DNA of 64,000 nt from the NCBI GenBank assembly GCA_965112635.1, contig OZ218778.1:320001-384000 (forward strand). Direction: 5' to 3'. Numbering within the stretch: the stretch's first letter is position 1; each line of letters opens with the position of its first letter. The notes beneath the pieces were generated by a model. It did no database searches, was not told the origin of the DNA, and saw nothing but the letters and a program-made list of their open reading frames with translations. Below are positions 39,440-49,900 of this stretch, one piece after another. The DNA comes from an uncultured bacterium (GTDB taxonomy: Bacteria > Oederibacteriota > Oederibacteriia > Oederibacteriales > Oederibacteriaceae). Made by a program: the position numbers and the translations under genes.

Positions 39440-40702
39440 CTATTTCCCGGCCAAACTCTTGGCTGCTTCCAGTCCGGCCACATAACCGCTGGACCAGGCC
39501 CATTGCAAATTAAACCCTCCGGAGTCAGCGTCCACATCCACGATCTCTCCAGCCAAATAAAGTCCTGAAATGATTTTGGATTGCATTTGGCTGGTGATCT
39601 CCCTCGTATCCACGCCGCCCACCGTGACCTGAGCTTCCTTCAAGGGCCTCATTTTCTTGGGAGCAAACTCCAACTTCTTAATATTTTTGACTATCTCTTT
39701 CTTGGCCGACTCGGTGGTCTTCGCGGCCTTTTGTCCGGCATCCACTTTGCTGACCTTGAGGACCACTCCTGCCAGATTGGAGGGCAGCAGTCCGGCCAAA
39801 CACTCCTGACAGCTCTTGTCAGAACGAAGAGAGAACAATTTATCCAGGACGCCTTTGAGTTCTGCCGCTGAATATTCCTGCAACAGGTCCACCCTTATCT
39901 TGACCTTGCCTTTTTCCAGAAGAGGGGCTACATGCCTGGCCACTCCCATGACCGCCGGTCCGGAGAGTCCATATTCGGTAAACAGGACATCCCCTTGGTG
40001 GGAGGCCACCACTTTCCCGTCCTGCACGGCCTGGACCTGGGCTTCGAGTCGCAGTCCTTTGACCTCGCGGACCAGGGTTTCCATGGTTTCAATGGGGACC
40101 AGGCCGGCAAAGAGAGGAGTAACCCGATGCCCCCAGTTCTTGGCCCAAAACAAACCGTCTCCGCTGGAACCGAATTGATGGCCCGCTTTTCCTCCCGTGG
40201 TCAGGATCAACCTTGTTGCGGTCACCGGCCAAGCGTGCTCCAAATGGACTTGGAAAGACCCCTTTTCCTCTACCCTCTTGACCAGGGTTTTCACCTTGAG
40301 CACGGCACCGCTGGACTTGATGGCCTGCTCCAGGGCCGTGACCACGGTGGTGGCTTGACCGGTCCTGGGAAAAATACGCCCTTGGTCTTCTTCGGCAAGG
40401 ACAACCCCCAGGGACTCAAAGAATTGCCAGGTCTGATTTTGGTCGAATTGCCGGAAGATATCTTTGACAAAACCAGGGTTTTCACCGTGGAATCGGTTCG
40501 GGTCAAGGGTCTTATTGGTCAGGTTGCAGCGGCTGTTGCCGGTCACTAGGAGTTTCCGACCTATGTTCTCGTTCTTTTCAATCAGAACGACGCGTGCTCC
40601 GTTGCGGGAAGCGGTCAAAGCCGCCATGCATCCGGCCGCCCCGCCCCCGATGATGGCAATATCAAAGGCTTGCTCTTGGTTTGGCTCAGGCATTCGGCTC
40701 AC
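39440..40702 (-). CDS. HI0933/YhiN-family flavoprotein
   Basis: GGGAAG, GRKLLVTGNSRCNLTN, VTVGGV, GEIVDVD..GGFNLQWAWSSG. Confidence 0.92.
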   Translation of the reverse strand: MSRMPEPNQEQAFDIAIIGGGAAGCMAALTASRNGARVVLIEKNENIGRKLLVTGNSRCNLTNKTLDPNRFHGENPGFVKDIFRQFDQNQTWQFFESLGVVLAEEDQGRIFPRTGQATTVVTALEQAIKSSGAVLKVKTLVKRVEEKGSFQVHLEHAWPVTATRLILTTGGKAGHQFGSSGDGLFWAKNWGHRVTPLFAGLVPIETMETLVREVKGLRLEAQVQAVQDGKVVASHQGDVLFTEYGLSGPAVMGVARHVAPLLEKGKVKIRVDLLQEYSAAELKGVLDKLFSLRSDKSCQECLAGLLPSNLAGVVLKVSKVDAGQKAAKTTESAKKEIVKNIKKLEFAPKKMRPLKEAQVTVGGVDTREITSQMQSKIISGLYLAGEIVDVDADSGGFNLQWAWSSGYVAGLEAAKSLAGK

Positions 40703-41094
40703 TTACCTCCGGCAGCATCCGAGACCACCCAGCCCAGCAAACACCCCGCGGCCAGGCCTCCGAGGAATCCCAGGGCTGGCTGTATGCCCGAAGCGTTATC
40801 CGGGCTGGAAAAAACAACGGTCAGCTCTCCGGCTATCCCCCCGATCACGCCTGCAAAAGCAATGGCCTCCAGATCCAATTTCTTGGTCTTGGGCTGGCCG
40901 GGGTTCTCCGCCTGGGGCTTGGCATTATTTCTGACCTCAACCTGCACTTCGTCCGGGGCTTGGTAGTAATTTTCCGCGAGGGTCAAACGGGAAGCTTTGT
41001 CTGTTTTTAAGAACACGGAATTTTCTCCGGCCCCCCAGCTGAAGTTGGCCAGAGCCATCACGATAAGCCATAAGACGATCGTCCTGCGGAACAT
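40699..41094 (-). CDS. Hypothetical exported protein with C-terminal Gly-rich hydrophobic hairpin
   Basis: Signal peptide; two GxxxG-rich segments; lies between tatC and the flavoprotein gene, overlapping the latter. Confidence 0.6.
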   Translation of the reverse strand: MFRRTIVLWLIVMALANFSWGAGENSVFLKTDKASRLTLAENYYQAPDEVQVEVRNNAKPQAENPGQPKTKKLDLEAIAFAGVIGGIAGELTVVFSSPDNASGIQPALGFLGGLAAGCLLGWVVSDAAGGK

Positions 41095-41109
41095 CGTTCT
41101 CCTGTCTTG

Positions 41110-41898
41110 CTACGGGTAAAGGCTTTTCTTGTTTTTGCCCGGCGTGCTGCCTTTGGGTTGCGAGGTGGCCGTCAGCACCCGGCCGAACCAGATACCCACT
41201 TCGTAAAGTATCCACAAGCATATCATTAAAATCGTCATGGAAACAGGCGTGGGATCCGGGGTGATGATGGCGCTGAAGATCGCCGCGATCAGGTAGGCGA
41301 TCTTCCTTTTGTCCCGGAAGGTCTGCGGCCGGACCAGATGGAGAAAGGAAAGCAATCCCATGACCATGGGAAGCTCAAAGGGCAGGCTGAAGATCAGGAA
41401 CATGATGAACAAAAAGCTGCAGAACTCCTGGAGGGTGATCTTGGGCACCGCGTTCATGGAAGCCCCGTAGTTCAAAAAAATGTAAAGGGTGATAGGGATC
41501 AGCAGGTAGTATGTAAAAAGGATCCCCAAGACCAGGAAGAACATGGAGCCAGCTCCCAGCCACAGGGTGAACCTCTTCTGGTTCTTGCTCAGGGCCGGAG
41601 CCATGAACGCGTAGAGGTGGTAAAAAAGGTACGGGCAGATAACGGCAAGACTGATGAATAGGGAGATTTTAAAACTCGCGAGCAGCGGCTCCAAAGGATT
41701 GAGGAAGACCAACTGCGTGCCGCTGGGCAAAAACCGCCTGCTCAAGTATTGGATGGTCAGGGTGGCCCAGGAGTTGAAAAAACTGGGAGTAAAAAAGCTG
41801 AGGGTAAAGACGGCCACAAAGACCCCCAGGATCCACAGAACCCTATAACGCAACTCTGACAAATGTTCGAATAAAGGTTTGGGTTGTTCTTTTGGCAT
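41110..41898 (-). CDS. tatC: Twin-arginine translocase subunit C
   Basis: LFEHLSELRYR, FMAPAL, FELP, AIITPDP. Confidence 0.95.
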   Translation of the reverse strand: MPKEQPKPLFEHLSELRYRVLWILGVFVAVFTLSFFTPSFFNSWATLTIQYLSRRFLPSGTQLVFLNPLEPLLASFKISLFISLAVICPYLFYHLYAFMAPALSKNQKRFTLWLGAGSMFFLVLGILFTYYLLIPITLYIFLNYGASMNAVPKITLQEFCSFLFIMFLIFSLPFELPMVMGLLSFLHLVRPQTFRDKRKIAYLIAAIFSAIITPDPTPVSMTILMICLWILYEVGIWFGRVLTATSQPKGSTPGKNKKSLYP

Positions 41899-41950
41899 GT
41901 GTCTCCTGGAAGCTGGGTGCGCAGGTCTTAATGAAGAATAAAAAAAACGG

Positions 41951-42142
41951 CTACTTCTTTTTCCGGGCTTGTTTCTTGGGCGCTTCCTCGTGTTGTTTAG
42001 GAGGTTCCTCGGCCATGGACTTTTTGAACTCTTTGACTGCTTGCCCCAGGGACCTGGCCATTTCGGGCAGCTTCTTCACTCCCCCAAATAGGACCAAAAA
42101 GATCACAAGGATAACGATCAATTTAGGCATGTCTAAGGTCAT
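41951..42142 (-). CDS. tatA: Twin-arginine translocase subunit A
   Basis: TM helix, FG hinge, KKLPEMARSLGQAVKEFKK; ATG 42142 follows AGGAGG. Confidence 0.93.
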   Translation of the reverse strand: MTLDMPKLIVILVIFLVLFGGVKKLPEMARSLGQAVKEFKKSMAEEPPKQHEEAPKKQARKKK

Positions 42143-42244
42143 TATCTCCTCCTGGCTCAATGATTTTTTGCTTTTTATGCTCCTCGCCCTAAAGTGAGAA
42201 GGTGTTCATTGTAACCTATCCGCCCGCCGTTCGCACATATCTTT

Positions 42245-43063
42245 TCAAATGTGTGGTTGGTTCTTCTTTTTTGCTGTTAATATAAAATGAGTCAGGTATG
42301 GACTATGGTTATAACCATATGATATTTCAGAATAGTCCCGATTTGCCCTTTCCTCCTCCCACCCCCACTTCTCAATATTAAATGCCAATTCGTCTTCCCA
42401 CAATATGACACCGTCATCAAGATCATTGCTTTTCACAAAATCCATGGCCTCAGTTTTTACGACAAGGTCTTTCCACCAAGCTGCTGAATGATATCTAGAG
42501 AATTCTTTTGGCCACAAATTAGTGCCATTGTCATATTCATTAGGAAGACTACCAAGTTCTTCGGGGAAAAATTCCCTGCTAAAACAAGGACTGCCGATGC
42601 CTAAACAGCCGCCAGGCTTTAAGGTTCGCAATAATTTCGTCATAAACTCTAAACTACCGCCAAAATAATGGATCGCGTCCATGCAAAAAATCGCGTCAAA
42701 ATATTCGGAAGCAAAAGGAATCGACTTAGTAATATCCAGGTTCAGTGGAATGACTTGTAAGCTTTGGTCTTTCTCTCTTGTGAATTGAAATATCTTCTCT
42801 GGAGAAACCCACAAATCTACCGCAAAAACATGTGCGTGGAATTTGCCGGCTAAATAACACGAGGTCAAGCCGTTCCCACAGCCAAGATCCAGAATCTTTG
42901 ATCCGGCCTGCAATTCCATTGATCTGCACATTTTCGTGGCCAGATAAAGCCCGCCCGGTCCCATTTTACCGTCGTAAATATCTTCTATGGAGTAATTAGA
43001 CAGTTCGGGATATTGACCTTTATCAATTCTTCGTAAGCGATTTAAAACCTCAGCGGTTTTAAT
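42245..43063 (-). CDS. Class I SAM-dependent methyltransferase
   Basis: ILDLGCGNG, FDAIFC, LKPGG; the frame is open upstream to ATT 43063, which is preceded by AGAGGAG. Confidence 0.85.
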   Translation of the reverse strand: MKTAEVLNRLRRIDKGQYPELSNYSIEDIYDGKMGPGGLYLATKMCRSMELQAGSKILDLGCGNGLTSCYLAGKFHAHVFAVDLWVSPEKIFQFTREKDQSLQVIPLNLDITKSIPFASEYFDAIFCMDAIHYFGGSLEFMTKLLRTLKPGGCLGIGSPCFSREFFPEELGSLPNEYDNGTNLWPKEFSRYHSAAWWKDLVVKTEAMDFVKSNDLDDGVILWEDELAFNIEKWGWEEERANRDYSEISYGYNHSPYLTHFILTAKKKNQPHI

Positions 43064-43092
43064 GTTTGCAGCTCCTCTAATAAAAGTTTGCT

Positions 43093-43229
43093 GTGGACTT
43101 TCACTCTTTCACTATCGCCGCTACCCGGATAGCCCGTATGGGGCTGACTGGGCATTTGTTCTGGCAGATGCCGCACCCCACGCACAGGTCCGCGTCCACT
43201 TCCGGCCTCCGGACCCGCCTGGCTCCCGC
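43093..43229 (-). repeat. Orphan copy of the last 42 codons of the polyferredoxin gene (direct repeat of 44058-44194)
   Basis: 137 bp with 12 mismatches by manual alignment; encodes AGARRVRRPEVDADLCVGCGICQNKCPVSPIRAIRVAAIVKE*. Confidence 0.9.
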
Positions 43230-43253
43230 ATCGTAAGTATAGCTCTCTAAAAC

Positions 43254-43290
43254 AACAAAACCCCTGCTAACCCAAGCAGAGGTTTTGTTT
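43254..43290 (-). terminator. Intrinsic terminator after the TA module
   Basis: AACAAAACC-c-CTGCT...AGCAG-a-GGTTTTGTT hairpin with T-rich tail. Confidence 0.6.
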
Positions 43291-43310
43291 CACACAAGTA
43301 AACACACCTA

Positions 43311-43493
43311 TCACCCTTGATGTTGTTGAAGTTTTCGCCAGAAATCTCCAAGCCTTCCTTCATTCGCCCCTTTTTGAAAATAGACAATTTTCTCATCAGC
43401 CGTCATGTCCTTTGTCTCCCGATATATTTTCTCCTGCGCCTTCCGCTTTAATTCAATACAATCAAAACTCTTTTTTACTGCCAATTTAATCAC
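43311..43493 (-). CDS. Small putative antitoxin partner of the PIN protein
   Basis: KKSFDCIELKRKAQEKIYRETKDMT; overlaps the PIN stop codon. Confidence 0.65.
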   Translation of the reverse strand: MIKLAVKKSFDCIELKRKAQEKIYRETKDMTADEKIVYFQKGANEGRLGDFWRKLQQHQG

Positions 43494-43947
43494 GGCCCAG
43501 CACCTCCCTAGGTGTAACAATACTTAAAAGAGCATACCCTTTTTTAAGATTAACCTCGTTATATAAACGCATCTTCTCTAAATTAACAATGTGTTTGAAA
43601 TTCCACGAAACGATCGCATCAGCCTGATAAATAGTAGCGCAAGCTACATGGCCCGCGTCTGTCTCTGACTTTAAGGTTAATATCCCCGCTTTAATATAAC
43701 CTTCACTCAATTTTTCAACTTCCTTTGTAAAAATTACCCTTTCAAAACTCTGAATTGGAATCCTTTGAAATATGTTTTGTATATAATCTGGTGCATCCCT
43801 TAATTCATTAATAACCAAATCGCTGATCAAAACTTTATATTTCCCAGATGCAATACTATCCAGCAAACGCAGGGATTCCTCGGCAAACTCCTTATCAAAA
43901 CATCCCCCGAAAATTGAAGTGTCCAAATAGATCCGTAATGGTTTCAT
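43486..43947 (-). CDS. PIN-domain (VapC-like) toxin
   Basis: IYLDTSIF, DAGHVACA, IVSWNFKH; AT-rich relative to the polyferredoxin gene. Confidence 0.85.
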   Translation of the reverse strand: MKPLRIYLDTSIFGGCFDKEFAEESLRLLDSIASGKYKVLISDLVINELRDAPDYIQNIFQRIPIQSFERVIFTKEVEKLSEGYIKAGILTLKSETDAGHVACATIYQADAIVSWNFKHIVNLEKMRLYNEVNLKKGYALLSIVTPREVLGRD

Positions 43948-44065
43948 GTATTAACAATACCATATCAAACTTGCCCCATAAAGATTGAAGTTCAGGACTA
44001 TTCCCATATATGAAAAGTACCTAAAAAGGTGCCGGGCTTGGATCTTTAAAGGTTGTCGTGGACTT

Positions 44066-45628
44066 TCACTCTTTCACTATCGCCGCTACCCGGATAGCCC
44101 GCATGGGGCTTACCGGGCATTTGTTCTGGCAGATGCCGCACCCTACACACAGGTTCGCATCCACTTCAGGTCTCCTAACTCGCCTGGCTCCCGCCTTGCC
44201 CACTTTTTTAATAGCCTTGTCCGGGATGGGACAGTGTTCTTCACACACCAGGCACTCTTTGTTTTCCGCCCAGGCCAGGCAGATATCGCGGTCCACCATG
44301 GCCAGGCCAAGTTTGGTCTTTTCCTTGACCTCCAGCTCCAGGGCCGGGATGGCGCCCGTGGGGCACACCTGGCCGCACAGGTTGCATTCGTATTCGCAAT
44401 AGCCTATTTCCGGTACCAGCCTGGGAGTCCAGATGCCCTCTACCCCTGACTGCATCGCCGTGGGCTGCAATCCGTTGGTGATGCAGACCTTCATACAGTT
44501 GCCGCAGCGAACGCAGCGCTCTTTAAATTCGCTTTCTTTGAGCGCCGCGGGAGGACGGATCACCCCGCCCTCCTGGAACTTCCAAAAAGTTTTCAGCTGA
44601 GGTTTTTCTTTGACCTTGAGAAACTGAGCTGCCCAGCTGACAGAAGATAAGGATAAAAGTGAGGTGGTTGAGAGAAAAAGAAAATTAGCCCGGGTAAGTT
44701 TTGGGCCGCTTTGCTCTTCAGGGATTTTTTTCTGTTTTTTCCCAACACGGGAAAATGTAAAGCGGGTGACATCCTGGGGACAATCATATAAACAGTCCAT
44801 GCACAGGATGCACTCTCCCTTGGTGTAGTTACCGTCGTCATGGATGGCGCCCATCCGGCACTTTTTTTTGCATATCTTGCACCCGATACATTTACCCACG
44901 CTCCGTTCCAGCCAGGAAAACCTGGCTGTCAGACCATAGACAGCTCCCAGGGGGCACAAGGTTCGGCACCACAGCCTGGGTAGGACTAGGGCTGCTCCGG
45001 CAATGACCAGAAAAAAAAGAAAAATATAAAATGAACTGGAAAAATAATAAGGGGTGATCCCAAGTAAACTGTTCTTGAGCTGGCGGTAAAAGTCGTAGAC
45101 CGCGCCTGTCAGGTGCAGATCCCTAACCAGAAACATAAAAAACCTGTCCAGCCCAACTGTGGCCGTGGGGATGAGGTTGAGCGAGACAAACCTAGCCATG
45201 ATGGCCATGGGGTCCAAGACCCACGCCGCCTGGATACCGCCAAGGGCCAGGGTGAAAATAACCCCCGTGACAAATATTTTTATCCACCTCAACTTACGGT
45301 TAGTGGAGTCTCCGAGGCCCGGACCGGTCAATTTGGTTTTTTTGAATATCCTCACCCCGTCCAGGGTCGCTCCCAAAGGGCATATCCAGCCGCAGAAAAA
45401 CCTACCCAGCACTAGGGTGGCCAGGAGCATCAATATGGAAAAGATAAGGCCAGGCAACAGGATCCGTTCAGCCAGGGCCGTAAAAAGCATGACTGACGGG
45501 TTTATCTTGAAAAAAAGATCAGAGGGCAAACTTCCGTGCAGAGGATAGGTCGTGGACCAGAGTATATACACGAACAGGGCAAAGAAAAAGGCCTGCGACA
45601 GCCTTCGCACCATGATCCATGTTCGCAT
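44066..45628 (-). CDS. Membrane polyferredoxin (NapH/MauN-like N-terminus fused to NapG/MauM-like domain)
   Basis: GRFFCGWICPLG, WCRTLCPLG, IRPPAA, several CxxCxxCxxxC motifs. Confidence 0.88.
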   Translation of the reverse strand: MRTWIMVRRLSQAFFFALFVYILWSTTYPLHGSLPSDLFFKINPSVMLFTALAERILLPGLIFSILMLLATLVLGRFFCGWICPLGATLDGVRIFKKTKLTGPGLGDSTNRKLRWIKIFVTGVIFTLALGGIQAAWVLDPMAIMARFVSLNLIPTATVGLDRFFMFLVRDLHLTGAVYDFYRQLKNSLLGITPYYFSSSFYIFLFFLVIAGAALVLPRLWCRTLCPLGAVYGLTARFSWLERSVGKCIGCKICKKKCRMGAIHDDGNYTKGECILCMDCLYDCPQDVTRFTFSRVGKKQKKIPEEQSGPKLTRANFLFLSTTSLLSLSSVSWAAQFLKVKEKPQLKTFWKFQEGGVIRPPAALKESEFKERCVRCGNCMKVCITNGLQPTAMQSGVEGIWTPRLVPEIGYCEYECNLCGQVCPTGAIPALELEVKEKTKLGLAMVDRDICLAWAENKECLVCEEHCPIPDKAIKKVGKAGARRVRRPEVDANLCVGCGICQNKCPVSPMRAIRVAAIVKE

Positions 45629-45643
45629 GTAAAAAACGCTCCG

Positions 45644-46627
45644 TTAAACCTTTATCTGTTTGATCTTGGCGTTGGCCAGGTCTGAATTGCCGAACCCCCG
45701 GCTGATGGCTTCCTTCACATAAGGGACCTTTTGGTGGTCCACTCCCGCAACTTTGCAGGCATACATGTCGCAAAGGGTCGGGTCTGTTCCGGCGATCAGG
45801 GTCTTTAAAAGTTTGACGTCCTCAAGATCACCGCCGCTTGGCCCATGGTTGGTCAGATAGCGGTAACCATCGATGACGGTCAGATCCGGCTTGATGAAAT
45901 CGGTCATGTCCACCAGCTTCTTTCCTATCTGATTGTGGATCTTGCCGCGCACATCCGAGCAAATACCCATGAGATTTTTCATTGAAAGGGTCAACTTGGT
46001 ACCGCCGTGATGCTTCAGGATGGGAACATTGATGAACACATCGCACTCCACCGCGTCTCTATAGACCGGCCAGCCCTCCATGAGACTGTCATAGCTGAAA
46101 TGAGCCTTGACAGTGTTCCAGTTGTCCACCAAATACACCTTGGCCCCTTGGGCTTCGGCCGCTTTTTGGATACCGCTGTTGGCATAGCAGCGCCTGGGCG
46201 AGTTGCAGGTATTGTCAAATACATTGACCCGGCTGGCTCCGGCCTCAAAACACATGGCCACAATGGCCGCGACCACGTCCGGGTTGGTGTTGGCCGCCTG
46301 CTCGGGCGTGCGGTCCCAGCCGATATTGGGCTTGACCACCACGACATCGCCTTTTTTGACGAACAACCCCATCCCGCCCAGAGCTTCGATGGCTTTGTGG
46401 GCCATCTGTCCCGGGTCATCGCCCTGGGCCACGACCAGGTCATGGTTGCCTTTGACACCCGACGCTTTCCTGCCGTTGGAAGGAGTGGACTCGGCCAAAG
46501 CCCTCCTGGTCAGCCACGAGGGCAGCAATAGGGTTACTAAACCGGTCAGGCTCGCCGTAATAAAGGAACGACGGGACATTTTGCGATACCTGAAGACCTT
46601 TTTAACTAATTTTATGATTTTCTCCAC
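45644..46627 (-). CDS. DUF362 family protein with twin-arginine signal
   Basis: SRRSFI, VVVKPNIGWD, INVPILKHH...LSMKNLMG; GTG 46627 follows GGGAGG. Confidence 0.85.
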   Translation of the reverse strand: MEKIIKLVKKVFRYRKMSRRSFITASLTGLVTLLLPSWLTRRALAESTPSNGRKASGVKGNHDLVVAQGDDPGQMAHKAIEALGGMGLFVKKGDVVVVKPNIGWDRTPEQAANTNPDVVAAIVAMCFEAGASRVNVFDNTCNSPRRCYANSGIQKAAEAQGAKVYLVDNWNTVKAHFSYDSLMEGWPVYRDAVECDVFINVPILKHHGGTKLTLSMKNLMGICSDVRGKIHNQIGKKLVDMTDFIKPDLTVIDGYRYLTNHGPSGGDLEDVKLLKTLIAGTDPTLCDMYACKVAGVDHQKVPYVKEAISRGFGNSDLANAKIKQIKV

Positions 46628-46903
46628 TCGTGCCTCCCTTTTTGGCATAAATGCATAGAACTTTCTAAATATTAGCAAAAAAACACGGCCTCGTCTCTTT
46701 TGTTTCGTATCAAAGTGTATCAATCATCACTTTTCACTTATTGACTGATAAAATGTTTTTACAGCCTTGTTATAAAGAATACCCTCCCCTATAATTATTG
46801 AAGATTCTGTATCTGATATTATTTAACAATCGGGAAGGAACTTCCTTGCCCTCTAGTTGTCTAATAAAAGCTAGATATTAGACCCTCTTTTAAAGGAATA
46901 TAC

Positions 46904-49900
46904 ATGCAAGAAAAAGGCCAAACAAACTTTTTCCTTATAACCAGAAAGATCATCCTCTCCTTTATTTTTCTTACTGTTTTTCTGCTTGTGGCTGCCTTGA
47001 CCAGTTGGGGCCAGCAGGTCACAGGCATCGCGGTCCACGGCCCCTACAGCGGCCAGACTATCCTGACTTGGAATGAAGTGGATTCGCCAGTTACCTCGTA
47101 TATTAATCAGGGCCAGTTGGAAGGCCTCCTCCAGTATGGGCTGACTTCTACCCCAGTCGTGACCTACAATATTTACCGTTCTCTTTCACAAATTATCTCG
47201 GTCAATGCCTTGACCCCTTTCGCCACAGGAGTTCCACAACTCACGGGTTGGAACTACGAATACATTTCCAATACGGACGTCAATGGCTGTTACAACGCCA
47301 GCTCGCCGGCTCCTTTATTTGTTGTGGATGAAGGGCCAGGCAACATGACACCGCAGTCTCCCGTCACTCCAGGAACAGGTGTTTATGCCAATAACCCTGC
47401 TACAGCTGGGCAGGCCTATTATGCGATCACTGTGTCAACCGCTGGGGTAGAAAATAAGACCATTACTGTCGGCCAAAACTCTTTGGCTAGCCCGGTCAGT
47501 GAAACGGTCGGACAGGGCGACCCCATTCTTCAAAGCATCACTGCCGAAACGAACTGGAATTATGTTGCTGCTGATACCTGTTATGCCTATGCCAGGTGGG
47601 AGACCTTTCCCAATAGTTCCATAGCAAGCCACCCCATGAATTATGCTCTGCGAGTGCCCCAAGGAACATCTTTCCCGGCTCCTCTGGGGATAAACCTGCA
47701 TTGTTGGGGGGCCTGTGTCAACGACCCCTGTTTTTATCCTCCCAATGTGGGCGCAGCCAGTACCACCCCTCCGCATCTATCAATGCTTGTTAGTTCCAAT
47801 GAAGATCCCTATGACTGGTGGACGGGATATCATGAGCTGTATTATAGCGGGTCGAGCAGTCCCAGCTGGGCCACCAATGGTGTAGTCCATGATTATTCCG
47901 AACAGAGGATGTTATCTATTTACGATTGGATCACCGCCAATTGGAACGGTGGAGGGAAAGTAGATTCAACTAGGGGATTCATCGCTGGAGTATCTATGGG
48001 CGGCTCAGGAACAGCCATGTTGATGTTGCGTTATCCTGACCGGTTTGCCTGGGCCTATTCCAGCGTGGGAGTCCATATTCCTTTATTATCCCCAACTTTT
48101 GAGGGTTCTTACGCGGGTGTGTATGGCGACCCTACCTGGAATGTTCTATACCAGAGCCTGACCACCACGCCTCATATCAGGGCCTTTGACTATTTTGACG
48201 ACACCTGGTTCCTGGCCAACAACCCCCAGCAAGAGATAGGTTATATGTGCTTTGCCAATGGAAAAAATGATGGAGCTATTGGTTGGAACCAGTCCTGGTT
48301 ATACCTGCAGGCTATGAAAGCCGCCAAGATACCTTTTATTTTTTATTGGACTCAGAATGGACATAGCACACGAGCCTGCGGGCCCTATCCTAGTGCCGCT
48401 AATAATATGGCGTTGGATTTACAAAACAACCAGAGCCTGCCGGCCTTTAATAACTGCAGTCTGGATGATGATCCGGGGGACGGGGTTTGCGACGGCAGCG
48501 GCAGCGGCCTCAACGGCGGGACTCACGGAGCACCGGTGGGGGCTATTAATGGCTGGCTTAACTGGAATCCGGCCACGATCATAGATACCGCCGGTTCCTG
48601 GCAAATGGATATAGGCATGGTGACCGCGGCTCAAGGCCTGACCTGGGCGGCCAACTGCACCGTGGACCTGACCCCGCGGAGATTACAGCACTTTAGCGTC
48701 AGCCCTGCACAGTGTTTTAACTGGACCAATACAGACCTGAATTCCAGCACGGTAGTCCAGTCAGGAACGACCGCAGCCGATGCCAATGGCCATATCACCA
48801 TCACCGGCCTCATTCTCAAAAACCAGATCGCCAACGAGAACAGGATCAATATCTTTCCGCGGCCAGTGTGCGCCTCTCCCACGAACTCACCCTCTCCGAC
48901 CATGACCTACACGGCCGGGCCCTCGCAGACCGGCACTGCCACCTATTCCGCGACTCCTACGACCACTCAAACCACTACCATTACTCAAACCGCCTCAGCC
49001 ACCCCGACCTATACTGCCGGGCCCAGCCAGACCGGGACAAACACCAGTACTTCTACTTGTACTTTCACGGCGACCGCTGCCTGCGTGCAGTTCCTGGCTG
49101 ATTGCAAGATCGCAGAAGTTCCCAATGGAAATACCAACGGCAAAGTGGTCAATCCCACTGTAGGGTTTTCAGGCACGGTTGTGATAAATGGTACTGGCTC
49201 CATCACCTTTAACCCCTTTGAACCGGTAGGGAGCCCTACGGATGGGTTCTTTTGCGGGGTGGGCGGAGTTAACAACCAATCAGGATACTGGAACTGGTCT
49301 GGGGCCCAGGTAGGTAATATTTTCAATCCCAACGGCGGAGATGTTATTTTTTATTGGAAATCCTACGCCAGTCTTGCCCAGCGGAATACAGATAACAGAA
49401 CAGGATGGTGTTTTGGCGTCACAGACGATGGAACGAGAACAATATGGCGCATTGAAGTGACCCCGGGCGGTGGTTTTTGTACTATAACCTGGCAAGCAAA
49501 TAGCACTGGCGCCAATCAAGTCTTTGACACTACCTATACCGTCAATGCTGGAGAAATAGCAAAATTTAGATTATCGTGGACAGCTACAACGCAAACACTC
49601 TACATAAACGATATTTTAATTCAAACTGGCGCCACGACTGCCTACACTCCCAGTTGGGGCCCATCATCACAGTTTAATATCGGGGCGTCAGCTGGTGATA
49701 ATGGCTTTTCGGGCTGGAAAGCCTGCAATGATACTGTTGCCGACCTCCAGGTCAATGCCACTTGCGCGGGAAACACTAACACTCCCACTTTGACGGCTAC
49801 TTTGACCGGGACAGCCAGTCCGACAGCCACTCCCACCTTGACCTACACAGTCGGCCCCAGCCAGACGGCCACAGCGACTCCCACCATCACCACTACAGGC

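Noticed and set aside
43093-44194. DGR template/variable repeat pair
   Set aside because: Mismatches are not adenine-specific on either strand, are mostly synonymous, and no reverse transcriptase is in the window.
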